Source: Vicugna vicugna
Taxonomy: Eukaryota
DNA length: 64,000 nucleotides
Assembly (NCBI GenBank): GCA_013265495.1
Contig: MU058636.1
Span: 6,669,741-6,733,740, forward strand
Direction of reading: 5' to 3'
In this document: positions 25,131-39,387 of the stretch, piece after piece
How positions within the stretch are numbered: the first letter of the stretch is position 1
Layout: each line of letters starts with the position of its first letter
The notes under the pieces: generated by a model
The model's database searches: none
What the model was told of the DNA's origin: nothing
The model's input: only the letters and a program-made list of their open reading frames with translations
Program-made: the position numbers and the translations under genes

Positions 25131-27979
25131 TTTTTTACATATAGTGTTTTCTCTAGAGTTTACAATATGCATTATTAACTTATCACTCTCAATCTTTAAA
25201 TAATATACTACTGTAAGTATAGGATAAAGAACTTTTAAAAGTATACTTACTTTTTTCCTAGCGTTTGTGTTCTTGCTGTCATTGTTTTTACTTCAGTATG
25301 TGTTATAAATCATTTAATGCATTGTTATTTTTGCTTTAGATAGTTATCTTTTAAAGAGTTTTCCAAATAGAAGAAAAAAATCTTTGTATCTAAAAACAGA
25401 CGTAATAGTTCTGGCACTCTTCAGTTTTTTTGTGTGTCATTTCAGATTTCCATCTGGTATCATTTTCCTTCTGCTGGAAAAACTTACTTTAACATTTCTT
25501 GTAGTAAAAGTCCGCAGGCAACATATACTCTAAGCTTTTATTTGTCCGCAAAAGTCTTTATTTTGTTTTTATTTATGAAATAGCTTAGGGTTTTCAGTGT
25601 TAGGCTGGGAGAATTTAAAAGCATATAGTGGTTTGACAACTAACACATTTAGTTTTCCTTCAGATGTCACTTGTCCCCTAGTAGCCAGGTGTATTAATCA
25701 TATGTGTTTGTTATCGTCATATAAGGCAGTTATATACTGCTTTTGATAAACTGCATGTTGTTTAAAATATAGTTTAAAGAAGGCACTTATTGTATGATAG
25801 TCATTCCCTTTGTTTTCTTCTCCCTTCCCTAGAGTTTTTATGGAGGTATTGTAGCAGCACTTGTTATACTCTTGGGTATAGTTATTTCTATACCACAGAA
25901 AGATTGCCAATATAAATTACTTGTAGAGAGGACTGGTATGAAAGAAATAGGAATAAAAGACGTAACTTTCTCTTTTTCTTTCCTTGGTTTGTTGGCTGGG
26001 TTTAGGATCATTAAATTTTATTATGTTCATGTCCAAATTTATAAAGTATTTTCCTATTATTTACTAAACACTTACCTAAAAGTCATTCATTATGCATGCT
26101 AATGTTTAACAGCAGATATTGAAGGCTACATAACTGGTGTAATTACCATATTACTTTCAGAATATAATATATTTCCAGGTCAGCATTTTATATTCCAAAT
26201 TTTTATACAGTAATTTTTATGCTTTTATGCAAATTAAAGTTCTTTAAAAAGCTCAGCTATCCTATTTATTTTATTCACTTATGACCGACTCTTGAGTAGG
26301 AAGCACCATCATCGGCCACTTTTCTTGCAGTGGCAATACCTTTTAGAATTTTAAGGAGAAGTCCTGGAGGAAAAGAACACCCTTAACTGTGCAAATAGAG
26401 TGTCACATGGACACATTCAGATTTTTAGCAAGTCTCAATTGATTTATAAATCTCATTTATACCATGGTAACACTGATTTTAGCTTTTTTTGATTTAGCTT
26501 TTTGGCCTGTTGTGTCACTTTGTTGGCATTTTAAAATGTTTTCCCTATGAATTTTCTTTTTTTGTGTTTATTGCTCATTTTCCTGTAGTTGAGCATTCAA
26601 AGTCTTAGATTTTCCTGCTGAAGTAATGTCTTTAAATAACTTTAAATAAATTGGTCGTTTTTTCTTTATTGTGACTTAGTAGTACATCTGGATGTTTTCT
26701 TTCTTACCCACAGAAATCGTTTTTGTCTTTACTCATTTTACCCACATATTGTTCGTAAAACACTAATTTCTTCATAGAGCTACTGTGACACAATTACATC
26801 TCTTTTTTTTGAGTTTACACCGTCAACTTCATAGCAAGTTGTTTAGGTGCATTTTCTAGTCTAGACTAGAATCCTGGATCTGCCATTTACTTATGTGTGA
26901 CTTTGGTTATGTTGCTTAACCTCATTTATCTTGTTCCTTTCTATGAAGATAATTAAGCTTTTTCCTCATAGAGTTGTTAGAGAATTATTTAAATAATAAA
27001 AGACCGGTTTTTTATACCTTTTCCTATATGCTTTAAATATATGCAATATTTATATGCTTGATAAATACTGAACTGTTCATTACAAATGAGGAATAAATAT
27101 TTCCCTAATCTTGGAATGATAGTCTTGTAAGCAGTTAGCCTCTTTAACACTAATGTATTAAAAATTATAATAACAGTAGAAAAGATCATCTGAAAACATA
27201 GATCTACTCTAGAACATCGAGAATAAATAGTTTTATAGCTTCTGGCAGTGAAATCAGGGAGCCATAACTTACTCTTTTGTAGTTAAATGATGTACAGAAA
27301 GGGGCATTGTTTTTTTAACTGTGAAAGTTGGAACCTTAGGCTTCACATAATAGGCTGATTGTTAGAATTACACATTTTAATTGTTAATTCCTTTAAAAGC
27401 AGAATATTTTTGTTACCACTGAGTCCATCTCTGTTATTTACACATTTGATAATGGTTTTTGGGTATACCAGATTCTACTAAAGCGTTTATAACTCATTAA
27501 GGAGATTATTCTAAGCAATTCTTTGGTGTTATCTCATTTTAGTGTATACGAATTCATACATAAATTTATTCAGAGGCTCATAGACTTAAACTTTGGTATC
27601 TAATTCTTTTAGGTCAGTCAGTAAGTGTCCACATCATTGTTTTTCAAACCTATTTATTTCTCTGTATAGTTGACTTCTAGAGAACCTCTTCTGAGTTACT
27701 AATCATGAGTCTATGCATTTAATAGTAGCAATTCACGTCAATTGGACATATAAATATGAATAAGTAAGTAGTTCTTTGGTGAGACGATGGCATGGTGAAA
27801 ATGATGTTTGAGTTGGTTTTGATAGGTCTACAAGTAATATCTAAGAGAGTACATGATCTACAATAATTTACCGTTTGCTGGAAATTAGGCATAGATGGCT
27901 GTTTCATGATACTTTAGATGAATGTGATTAGTTGACTACATTTTTTAGCTCAAAGTTGGGGTAAGAGAACAGGTAACAT

Positions 27980-28215
27980 CTCATGTTAACTGAATGCTAA
28001 CTATATGCCTGACTTTGTAACTAAGTGCTTATAATCTGATTACTTTATTTAATCCTCACAACAACCCTATTAGATAGGAACTTTTATTACCTATTATAGA
28101 TCAAATAACTGAGCCTTAGAGAAGTAGCATCATTAAAAGTCACATAGCAAGTGAGTGGTGTCTCTAAAATCAAAATCAGGAAGTTTGAACTCGCAGCCAA
28201 TCTCTTAACCACTCT
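27980..28215 (-). mobile_element. MIR SINE
   Basis: TTTAATCCTCACAACAACCCTAT...AACTGAG...GTCACATAGCAAG...TCTCTTAACCAC core. Confidence 0.75.
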
Positions 28216-28499
28216 CATGGTTATTTTTGTTAATAAACTAGAAATAATAGGAGTTGAAGTTGTCTCGCACTTAGAAGTAAAACCAACCTTTAACTAGAGA
28301 ATATCTAGATCAGTAAAAGGTTGGAAGTGAGCATGAAGGGCTAGTTTCTTGTAAAGTTGAATTTTGGAGCTATTATAAAGAAAAATGTGTACAGAGGATA
28401 ATATTTTAAAATTTGAGGATATTTTGTTTTTAAATTCTTAAATTTTAGAAGACTTTAAAAATATTCTTAAGTGAGATTTCATTGCTTGTATGGACTTGT

Positions 28500-28720
28500 G
28501 TGAAGACAGACTTTTGCTGGGTTTTGATCCTGGGTCCTCTACCTACTAGTTTGGTGACCTTTTTGCAAGTTACTTAAACTCTCTGTGCCTATGATTCCTT
28601 ACCTGTAAAATGAAGGGAATAATAGCTTCTTTGTCATTAGTTGTTGTGAGAATTAGATTATTCAGTACATGTAAAGCACTTAGAATAGTATTTAATGGCA
28701 TGTGAGGTGAGGTGGTGGTA
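28500..28720 (+). mobile_element. MIR SINE
   Basis: CAAGTTACTTAAACTCTCTGTGCCT...CTGTAAAATG...ATGTAAAGCACTTAGAA core. Confidence 0.75.
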
Positions 28721-29937
28721 TTATTATTACCATTGTTTATCCTGTTTATATCACATTTATACCACATGGTCATCTGTTATATTAATGAACACCTTCCACT
28801 GATGGAAAATTAATTCTACCTCTAGAATCTAATAACTAGTCCCTGTCTGTCCCTAATCTTATTTTCCTTTGCTTCCTCTTTTTCAACTACTCACTATGTC
28901 CTTTTTTATACTTTATGTAACTTGTAAGCCACCTTTAACCTTTTTTGGAATAAGGTGGAATATACATAAATACATATAAGCATCTTTATTTCTAGAATTT
29001 AGCTCTGTTAGTACATGTTTTTTTTTCTTGCCCACAGATACATTTTTAGTTCTTAGAGCAGCAATTTCTAGTCTTAATAAGTAAAAATTTTGATGAATAA
29101 ATGAATGACTTCAAATTTGTCAGGAAGTTTGTGTATGGCTATTATTTTCTGCTTGAATTTTCCACATTTTCTCTAGACCAAAAAAGATCCAATTTTCATT
29201 GTTCTTTCTTAAGAATGGTACTTATAACTGAATAAAATAATTCATGTTTGGTTTGATCAGTAGCAAATAAGAGGGACAGTTATACTTTTGACTCTTGGTG
29301 TAATGCTACAAGTCAAATATGTTGCCGTTAAATCAACTCACTTTCCCAATTCACGTGTCTTTTTTAAAAAAGTATTACAAGATATTAGATGTTTCTCTTT
29401 TAAACATTTTTAGCATTAATTCTATAATTTCAACATTTAGTATAAGTTTGCTAATGTCAGTTTCATATTTCTTCAATTCTATAAGTGCAGACGAGACCCA
29501 GCTTTTCTTTTTATGTTACATGTGTTTTGTCAGCCTCGTAATATAAAAGAAAATGAATTTTTATGTCTTAAAATTTATCCTTAGTGAATGCTGCATCTTC
29601 TAGTGATTATCACTTTTAAGAACCAAACTGTTTTTTAAGGGAATTTGTCCTGAATCCCACTTCATAGTCATTTGCTCTGTTTGGCTTTTCTAGATTTGAA
29701 ATTGTCTTTTCCCATTTGCAAAAAAAAATTAAATTTCTCTTTGTGAGTTTTAATTTTTACAGCATCTTTCACTTCTCTGTAGTGAAATTTTTATCAAAAT
29801 TAGTTTTAGACTGGAAGACTTGAAATTTTTTAGAGTAGCTATACTTTCTTGATAGTTAGATGTTTGGTATATATTGTCTTGTTGTTAGATATAACTTCCC
29901 ACATTATCACTAGTGATTTTTTTCTGTTTATTTTCAG

Positions 29938-30169
29938 CTGGTTGGTGGAGAATTTGACTTGGAGATGAACTTTATTATACAGGATGCTGAGAGTATAACA
30001 TGCATGACAGAGCTTTTGGAACACTGTGATGTCACATGTCAAGCAGAAATATGGAGCATGTTTACAGCCATCCTACGAAAAAGTGTTCGGAATTTACAGA
30101 CTAGCACAGAAGTTGGGCTAATTGAGCAAGTGTTGCTGAAAATGAGTGCTGTAGATGACATGATAGCAG
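29938..30169 (+). CDS. NBEA: Neurobeachin coding exon (exon 2 by human numbering), 232 bp
   Basis: ttttcag|CTG...GCAG|gtatgg; LVGGEFDLEMNFIIQDAESITCMTELLEHCDVTCQAEIWSMFTAILRKSVRNLQTSTEVGLIEQVLLKMSAVDDMIA; phase 0 to 1. Confidence 0.97.
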
Positions 30170-32919
30170 GTATGGGATTATCTGACAGGAAATGTATAGT
30201 TTAAATGTTTATAAAGATTCATACAATTCTGTTTATATTCTATAAACAGAATTTTATAAATTCTTATTTTAAAATAAGTACAAATGTATGGAAAATTTGC
30301 CTTTTATATTAAGAGAAAACCTGAAGAATGGAAGATGACTTCTGTATTAGACAAACATAATTACTATTTTGCTTTTCCAGATTTTAGAAAAATCTCAGTA
30401 ATGTGGAATAAGTGCTATGAAATCTATTGGAAAAATAAATAGTACTTTTCCTTGTAGAATTTAATTAAACCTTCACACAAGTAAAATATCACACTACATG
30501 TCACATTTCTATGGAATTATCACTTTATTAAAAATATCTGAGCTCCATGTTCTTCAATCCGGCATATATGGAAATATGACAGGATATGCTAAAAGCCTTT
30601 TAGGACAAGCATGCTGTAATTTTTGGAATATCATTTTACTTTGATATTTTTTGGAGGAACTTTTGTATTACAATAAACACAGATAGTTGTGGATTAGAAC
30701 ATAAAATTTGCATGAAATTTCAAGCTAAAAATAGTAATTTTGTGCTTGTTCTGTGTTATTTCAAATAATAATTTTGACATCTGTAATTCTTCACCATCAG
30801 TCCTTTACCACCTGCAAGTTAGATGAACTTTAGTAGAAAGTTTTTGAAAGGTGCTCCTGGAACAGCAGTTTCCAAAAATATTCCCAAAAATAAGTTTAGA
30901 GTTTGAAATGTTAATTCTCTTAAGCCATGGATTTTCAGCGTAAGTTTCTTCTGACATGAAAGAGTTTTTCACAATTCTAAAAGTACTAATAAGACTCCTC
31001 ACAATATCATCTTATGATCTTAAAAGTAGTTGAAATACTAGAGCATCCTCTATAATATTTGATTTTTGCATAATTAGTTATAATACTGGTACAGCAAAAC
31101 ATTAAACAGGAAAGAATGGAATGAAGAATAAAGATGAATGCTTTTTAATGTAAACAATATTTCAGAATTTTTGTTTTTCTTATAGAATCTATTAAAATCA
31201 TTTCTAATGGCTTTCAAGGTGACATATATCTCTATTTAGAATGATTTAGCATTCTCTATATTGGTTACTAATGGTTAACTTGATGAAGAAGAGTTTCAAA
31301 TTTAAAACATCTTTTTAATGAAGGTATGGTACCATTTCTGTAAATAGCATTAACAGGAATTTATTTGTATAAACTTACATGTACACATATTGTATAGAAC
31401 ATGTGATCTTTGAATCTTCATATCTGGGTTTAAGCCCTTGATTTTTTTTCTTTAGTTTTCTTTTTTGTAAATAAAATGTCTACTTTATACAGTGTACTTT
31501 AGAAAATGAGCCACAATTAGGTACGTGTACATACTAGTTTATTGGTACATAATTCATAAGCACTAAGATGTGAGGTGATAGTAAGCATGATAATAGCACA
31601 GAAGCTTATATCTTCTTGTTTTTTATTATATAAAGCTTCTTAATTCCTTTTCCCTTTATTCTCATTAGTGATAAAATGGATAACACAAAATTTTCACTTT
31701 GTTATTTTAAGTATTAAGTGTTAGAAAAATACCTCTACCTTACTTTTCAGTAGAGAAATTAAAATTTAGATAATATACTAATGAACCATCAGTAACCACC
31801 AAAACACTACTAAGTTTTCACTCTTGAGTGTTTTGTAGCATGCTAAGTTCAAAGAGGTTCTTTTTATTTAATAATGTGAAGGTTTCACTTGAAGGTGGTT
31901 GAACATCTATAGTAACCTGATAAAAGAATTTCATAGGCTTAGTATTCTTCCTCCTTTAAAAATCTTGTACAGAAAAGATCTGTTATAACAGATAAAGAAG
32001 ATCTGTTATAAAATTAAAAACTGAGATAGTTGGTTATGTTATCTGTATAATAAATAAGAAATTTTAATAATTGTGTAATTAAATACAAATATAATAGATC
32101 ACTTTTGTGTCATGTATCAGAGATGAGGTAAAGATTTAGAAATAGAAGTTCTTTTAAAATAGTACTTGTAGGCAAACCTTTAAGAAATATTCTTTGAAGG
32201 TTGCCATTGCAGCTGATTACTTTAAAATGCTTTATATTAACTTAGAGTTTTAAGGGGCTTGGTTTTTATCTAGAATTCTTAGATGCAGATCTTCTGACTA
32301 ATCTGTAATAACTATGAACATATTTGGTACTTGAATGGTGAATGACCTTTCCTTAAAAGATCTCTCTTTAAAATGACAATTCCACAGTTACAATTTTATC
32401 ATAGAGATTACTTACTTCTAATGGTGTTAGGTAAAAGTCTGTCAACTATTTATTGATGAAAATAACCATATTAAATTTCTATTTTAAAATACATATATAA
32501 TAAATATTTTTAAAGTCTCAAATTCCAGCCTTTAATCTGATATTGTGTAATATATATTATATATCAATAACCAATTATTTCAACTTATCCTGAACTAATC
32601 TTTTTATTAATTGATGATAAATTGCTAAGAATGTATATGTGTATTTATTGTAATAACTTGTATAGTATCTTTAATTCTTAGGAAGTGCTTTAGAAATTGA
32701 GAAAATGAAGTATATATTTAGATGTGTAATTTCTTACAAAGAATAATTGATAGAGGTACTATTACTCACAATGTCCAAAGATGAGAAAGTAATAAGAAAT
32801 AAGAGATTAAATGTATGATTTTTCTTACTGTTCGGTGAGCTGACGTGTCTCTTATATGCACATAAACTCATTATCATAATGGATATCACTAGTCATGTGT
32901 TGAAATGGTACTTGCATTT

Positions 32920-33150
32920 ACAGAGTAATGGGTAAGGGTGAAGCTTCTGGAGCCATACTGCCTGGGCTTGAATTTTGACTCTACCACTTACTAGAATGTG
33001 TTCTTGGGCAATACAGTTAAGTTATCTGTGCCTCACTTTACTCATTTTTAGAAGGGGATATTAATAATACTTAACTCAGGCTTGTTATGAGGTTGTGACG
33101 TTAATGCATGTAAACCACTTGGAATAAAGCCAGGCAAGGAGTAAGTGTTC
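32920..33150 (+). mobile_element. MIR SINE
   Basis: TCTGGAGCCATACTGCCTGGGCTTGAAT...CTTGGGCAA...CTGTGCCTCA core. Confidence 0.75.
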
Positions 33151-33340
33151 ACAATTGTTGTTAATGGCCAAGGAATACTTCAGGAATATGTTTTATTAAG
33201 AGTAGATAATTCTAAAAGAAAATGAGGTCAGCCATCACTCTTTCAGTTGAAAACATCAAATTTACATTTCATTAAATTGTTACAAGGTTAAATTATTGTA
33301 CCTTTCTATATTTTTGCCTGCCTTTCCCTGTGTATAGCAG

Positions 33341-33356
33341 TGTGTGTGTGTGTGTG
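33341..33356. repeat. (TG)8 microsatellite
   Basis: Read directly. Confidence 0.9.
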
Positions 33357-33636
33357 TTCTGTGAATTTATGAAATCTGTTTTATATAATTCTTCTGAGAA
33401 CTTAATTCAACTGGTAATTCTGGTAGGAAAATCTTATAATTAAAATATTACTTTTTTGTTGTTTGATGATTTAAAAACTGTTAGTTAGAATGGCTATTCA
33501 TGAGGACATCTAGCTATGTTAGATATCCATATATGTGTAGAAATAACAAGATAACTTTTGTTCTTTCGAAAGTATATTACCTTGACAGATGGCAGCTCAT
33601 GACTAGAGTTCAGAATAACTTTATTTTCCTTTGAAG

Positions 33637-33737
33637 ATCTTCTAGTTGATATGTTGGGGGTTCTTGCCAGCTACAGCATCACTGTCAAGGAGTTGAAGCT
33701 TTTGTTCAGCATGCTTCGAGGAGAAAGTGGAATCTGG
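33637..33737 (+). CDS. NBEA: Neurobeachin coding exon (exon 3), 101 bp
   Basis: ttgaag|ATCTT...ATCTGG|gtaagc; (D)[33 protein letters not shown]; phase 1 to 0, in frame with the previous exon. Confidence 0.97.
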
Positions 33738-33982
33738 GTAAGCTGTGGTCAGAGGGAAAAGTATTCAATATCTGTGCATTAATATTTAATGTTCAACAAT
33801 TCATCTCTAGAGAGCTATAAACTTGAATTTATAATGGAAATTGTTCCTCTTAAACAGTTTAGTAAATGATTTAGAATTAATTTTCTCTCTAGTTAGTAAA
33901 CAGTCCAGTGGTTAACCTGATGAATTAGGTATTTTTTTTCCCTAAATTTGTACAGTGATATTTCTTTTTCTTGTTTCCTCAG

Positions 33983-34078
33983 CCAAGACATGCAGTAAAA
34001 TTATTATCAGTTCTTAATCAGATGCCACAAAGACATGGTCCTGATACTTTTTTCAACTTCCCCGGTTGTAGTGCTGCA
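33983..34078 (+). CDS. NBEA: Neurobeachin coding exon (exon 4), 96 bp
   Basis: cctcag|CCAAGA...GCTGCA|gtaagt; [32 protein letters not shown]; phase 0 to 0. Confidence 0.97.
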
Positions 34079-34099
34079 GTAAGTTTTAAATTCATGTGT

Positions 34100-36540
34100 T
34101 TATTTTTATTTATTTATTTTTAAGTCAACTCTATTAAGATATAACTTATATACAGTAAAATTCACCAATTTAAAAAGTATTGTTTGGTGAGTTTTGAATA
34201 GTTCTGCAACTACCACCAACAGTCATGATTTAGAACAATTCCATCACTCACCAAAATTCCCTTGTGTCTTTTTGAAGCAAGTTCCCTCTCCCTAGCCCGT
34301 CCCTTGCAACCTTTGATTTATTTTGTGTTTGTATAATTTTACCTTTTCTGGAATTTCATATAAATATAATCATATAGAATGTTATCTTTTCTGTCAGGCC
34401 CCTTTTAATTACCATAATGCTTATGAGATTATCCATGCTGTAGCTTTTCAGTAGTGCATTCTGTTCCTTCTTGTTCTGAGCAGTATTACATTTTTGGATA
34501 TACTACAGTTTACCCATTCACTAGTTGATAGACTTTTGGGTTTTCAGTTTTTGGCTATTCAAATTAAAACCTCTATGAACATTTGAAGATAGATCTGCAG
34601 GAATGTTTTCTTATGTTTTCTTTCTTACAAAAGAGTGAGATTACTAGGTTTTATGTTAAGTGTTTAATTTCATGAGAAACAGATAAGTTGTCTCCCCTAG
34701 TGGAAAATTTTGCATTCCCATCAGCAACGTATGAGAATCTCAGTTGTTCTGCATCCTGAACATTGTGTCTCTTTAATTTGAGGCATATAAATGGTTATGT
34801 CGTTGGAGTTTTAACTTTGTGTCACCCTTATGACTGATGTTGAGCATTTTTTCTTGTGTTTATTGGCCGTTATTTCATCTTCTTTTGTGATGTTTGTGTT
34901 TAGATCTGTTAAAACTTTGTGTTTCTCAGTATCTTAAGAGTTCATTATATATTTGGGATATAAATTAATTTGTCAAACATTTTCTTCCAATTTGAAGCTT
35001 GTCTTTTTATTTTCTTAACAATATTTCTTGAAGTACAAAAGATTTTAATTTTGATGAAGTCTGTTTAAAATTTTCTTTCTTTTATGTAATATGCTTTTGT
35101 AATCTAAGAAATAAGGATCAACCAAGATCACAACATTTTTATTTTTCTTATGCATTCTACCAGAAGTTGTGTTGTTTTAGCTCTTATGTTTAGGTCTGTG
35201 ATCCCTTTAATGTGATTTTTTTTAAATACGGTGTGAGGAAAAGTTGGAGGTTAAGTTTTGTTTGTTTTACATATGAATATTGAATTGTTTCATAACCATT
35301 TGATGAAGACATAGTCTGTTCACATTGGATTATGTTAGCACCTTTATTGAAAACTATCTGACCATGTTTGTGTGGATCTATTTCTGAATATGCCAATTCA
35401 CAGAACACAATGTATCTTCCTTTATTTAGTATTCATTGATTTTTCAGTATTTTGTAAATTTCAGCATTAAAGTCTTAAACGTTTTTATTAAATTTATTTA
35501 TAAATATTCCATATCATTTTATGCTTGTATATAGAAATGCAATTTTTTTGTATATAGACTTTGTATCCTGACCTTGCTAACTCACTTATTAGTCCTAGCA
35601 CTTTTTAGTAGATGCTTTTTTATTTCATTTTATACCTTTATGCACTGGCTAGGACCTTTAGTTGAATGACACTATTTTGACTTATTCTCAGTCTTAGGGA
35701 AAGCATTAAGTATTTCACCATTAAGTATGCTGTTAGCAATAGGTTTTTTAGACATGTCCTTTATCAGGTTGAGGAAATTCCTTTATATTCTTATTTGCTG
35801 GGAGTTTTTAAAATCATCAATATGTTAATATCAGTGTTAATTTTGTCAGCTGCTTTTTTGATTTATTGAAATGATTATGTGATTTTTCTTCTTAATCTTT
35901 GTTAATGTGGTGAATTACAATGATTGATATTTCAGTGTTAAATCACCTTTGCATTCCTGGATAAAAACTACTCGATCACAGTGTATTAACCTTTTCATGT
36001 AGCATGGATTTGATTTGATAACATATAGCTAAGAAATTTTGTAGTATTTATGAGTGATTTGGGAATGTATTTTTCTTTTCCTGTAATATCTTTCTCTGGT
36101 TTTGATGTTATAAAAATTCATCATAAGATGAGTTGGTAAGTATTCATTTCTCTCTGTTGAAGAGTTTGTATAGAATTGATAATACTTACTCTTGAATGTA
36201 TACTAGAATTCACAATTGAAGGCATTTGGGTCTGGAGTTTTGTTTGTGGGTAGGTTTTAAACTGTGAACTTAATTTCTGTAGTAAACATAGGGAACATTT
36301 CTTTTGAGGAAGCTTTGGTAGTTTGTATCTTTCAAGTAATTTGTCCAGTTAATCTAAGTTGTTGAATACGTTGGCATAAACTTATATGTTGATTGATTCA
36401 TCATATCTTCTTATTATCTTTTTAATGTCTGTAGGATATGTAGTGATGCTTCCTCTTTCATACTTGTTACTAGATTTCTTTTTCCCAGTAGGTCTAGCCA
36501 GAAGTTTATCCTTTTTGTTGCTCTTTTCAAAGTACTAGCT
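34100..36540 (-). mobile_element. Old L1 (3'UTR plus decayed ORF2)
   Basis: T-rich start, ATACAGTAAAATTCACC 3'UTR motif, TTGCATTCCCATCAGCA; minus ORF 35190-35408 EIDPHKHGQIVFNKGANIIQ resembles ORF2p. Confidence 0.8.
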
Positions 36541-37362
36541 TTCTTAACCTGCTTTATTTCATCATTTTAATCTACATAGTAGCATTGTAGAGAGTATGTA
36601 GAATTTTTGGCTAGAAGAACTGTTTTCATTTCTGAATTCTCTAGTTCATTGCTGTGGAAGGCTAGTCCCTTAAAGTTTCTTGGCTTACTTTCAGGTAATT
36701 GTGAGACTATAATGAAATAATATCCTATTTAAGCACTATAAAGTTGTAAAAAAATCATGTATTTATTGCTCTTTGGTCATAATAAGTACTTAAATGTCCT
36801 TGCAATCTCCCATTTCAACCATTTCCCTAATTTTATGTTTTTTTCTTAAAATTTTGTTATTAATTTATTTTAAGTTACAATTTCCACCAATCATGAAAAA
36901 AATAGGAAAGTTTAAAAAAGCCACTTTCAAGATGGAAGCTAATAATTTAAGTATCAGATTGTTAGAATAGAACATATATAAAATATTCTTTATAGTACTT
37001 AGCAGAGAAAATACTGTCTCTGTCCCTAAGAGGTAGGAGTTCTCTTAGATGTAATAGTTCTATTTACATACATATATACATTTCTAATACATTTTACAGA
37101 ACTGTTGTTGATCTGAACCTGGTAGATTTCAGTCTAAGGTATAGGAAAAAAGAGCAAAGTGTTTTGACTGAAATATAAGCAAGTTGCTGTTTTACACATA
37201 GAAGTAACAAAAATTAGCTAAAATAGAAAGTGTAACTCTGTTTTAATAAATTGCCTGAGTTGCCTCAGTTAAGGCTGCAGTTCATCCTGTTTTTAGCCAT
37301 TTGGCCATCAGTTGCCTGATTTTTTATCTGTGAATATTTTCTATCAACATGTAATGCATTTT

Positions 37363-37380
37363 ACACACACACACACACAC
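37363..37380. repeat. (AC)9 microsatellite
   Basis: Read directly. Confidence 0.9.
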
Positions 37381-38867
37381 AATTTTATTTATATGTTTTT
37401 AGTAGTGAATGTTTGAATTGTTTTTGCTCAGGGAATATTGATGGACTTACCTATTCCCCTTTTCCTGGTTTTCCCTGCATCATTCATTTTCATGAAGGGT
37501 AGTTTAGGATAAAAAATATATGCTATGTAGAGGAGAAGGCAGGGAAGGAATTATTATTTCATTTGAGTCATACAAGCTATATAAAGTAAATGATATTACT
37601 GTTGTTATATCAGTTGAGGAAACTAAGCCTCTGCAATGTAACATTGTTCAGTCACAAAGTAGAGTCAGAACCTGAACCAAAATTTGCCTGACCTTAAATC
37701 CACGTTTTATTTAACAACAGATTGGCTTAGTTTCAGGCATCTTACTTCTGCTAGTGAACTCCTGAAAAATTCAGATGGGAGATGATTTTAAAATCCTTAT
37801 AATTACAATGTTTTTGATAATCTGCTTCTGGATGACCATGAACCAGTGGCACCCTGGTAACAAGACGGTGCCTACTGGTTGGACCATTGCTCATAGCAGT
37901 GCCTTTGGATGATTAAAATTGTGATACCACTTGCTTTCGTTCCAAAATAAGCGTATATACTAGGCCTTCTGAATTGTATTTTGTATTGTGGAGATGCCTT
38001 TCTATGTGCTATGCTGCCTCCAAATGAGCCATTTGGTAACATTTACTCCTTCAGAGAGCTAAGTGAATTCTACATGATTCATGTAAAGGTAAATGACAAA
38101 TGTAAGATGGCATTTTACATGCTGTGTGGCCTCAATGGATATACTATTTAAATTTGCTTTTTGTGATTATGACCTATTTCATGAATCTGCTTCATTTAAG
38201 AAATAGTACACTGTTTTATTCACTGAAATAGTTCACTGAAAGCTCCCTATCTGAACATCAGAATCTTTTTTTCTTGCAAGGTATAGCAGATAAGAACATA
38301 AATTTTGGAATCAACTTGACCAGGAAACATTGACAGATATAGATTCCAGAGTCTTGTGGACTCATTGAACACAATGAGGGACACCCAGTTGTGGATACCA
38401 ACATTATTATTAGGAGCATTATTTTCTAATACTTATATTTCTTCAATTTTGATTTGATTAATATCTCTAGGACAATTATTTTTGGATTTGAAAGTTTAGC
38501 TTCTTTAATCAAGTGAAATATTACTGAAAACCTAACATAAATCATAGAAAGCTGAAAATTCTTAAACATATGTATAAGGGACTATATATTAGTGAAATTG
38601 GAGGAGAACTTCTTGGAGTACAGTCTGAACTCTACTACATATCTTCGAGATGAAACTTGATTTATTGAATATTTGAAAATTTAATGCTTCAATAGTCAAC
38701 AAATAATAAATTACTTTAATAAGAATAATTTCTATTTTTATATTTGTCCATGATTCTCTGATATTTATACAGTCACTGTTTTTAATCTATAAGAACCATA
38801 TTTGACCTTAGTTACCATCACATTTTCTTTAACTGATACTTTTGTGTCTTTTTACATTGCCTTTTAG

Positions 38868-38989
38868 GCAATTGCGTTGCCTCCTATTGCAAAGTGGCCT
38901 TATCAGAATGGCTTCACCCTAAACACTTGGTTTCGTATGGATCCATTAAATAACATTAATGTTGATAAGGATAAACCTTATCTTTATTG
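38868..38989 (+). CDS. NBEA: Neurobeachin coding exon (exon 5), 122 bp; around the start of the ConA-like domain
   Basis: ttttag|GCAATT...TATTG|gtaagt; [40 protein letters not shown](C); phase 0 to 2. Confidence 0.97.
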
Positions 38990-39387
38990 GTAAGTAATAT
39001 GTTTAATTTTAGTACTTTTGTCTTAAGTATTTCAATTTTGTAAATATGTAACATAGTATCAAAGCAACATATTGAATAGAATAAATAAATACATATGTTA
39101 AAACTATAAATATGTAGTTAAGTTAGTTTATCTTACTCATTTTTTGTTGTTGATTCTAGGCAATTTACCTCACTTTTTTTCCTCTCAATTACAATTTAAG
39201 AATCAAGGGTTACAGACCTCCTATCTCTAGTCTGCATAGATCAAATGTGGGTTCTTAGTGAATATGCTAGTCCCTAATCAAGGAGGGGGAAAAAACCAAA
39301 CTCCTACCATATTTCATTCACTTTGCCTTTTTAGTTACATAGTGCTGTGAGCATAGTTAAGATATGCTTTAAAAATACTGATATTGA

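Larger units (their letters stand above)
19990..25580 (-). mobile_element. Old decayed L1 (3' end through ORF2), interrupted by younger insertions
   Basis: Colinear similarity to the antisense strand of the intact L1 (CCAAAGTGGCT, GATGTCCAGTT, GGACATCCTTACCTTATTCC, CCTGCATTCCTGGG); no open frame. Confidence 0.8.

Noticed and set aside
82..29546. Short ORFs of 60-123 aa in the upstream intron
   Set aside because: No coherent protein motifs or exon structure; they are chance ORFs or repeat fragments.
29959..30204. 81-aa ORF as a standalone gene
   Set aside because: It is the NBEA exon reading through its donor at 30169 into the intron.
37828..37972. C/D box snoRNA (TGGATGA...CTGA)
   Set aside because: The C box is imperfect and there is no convincing terminal stem; only the hairpin is reported.
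38824..38833. U12-type branch point (TTCTTTAAC) before exon 5
   Set aside because: The upstream donor is gtaagt (U2 type), not GTATCCTT.
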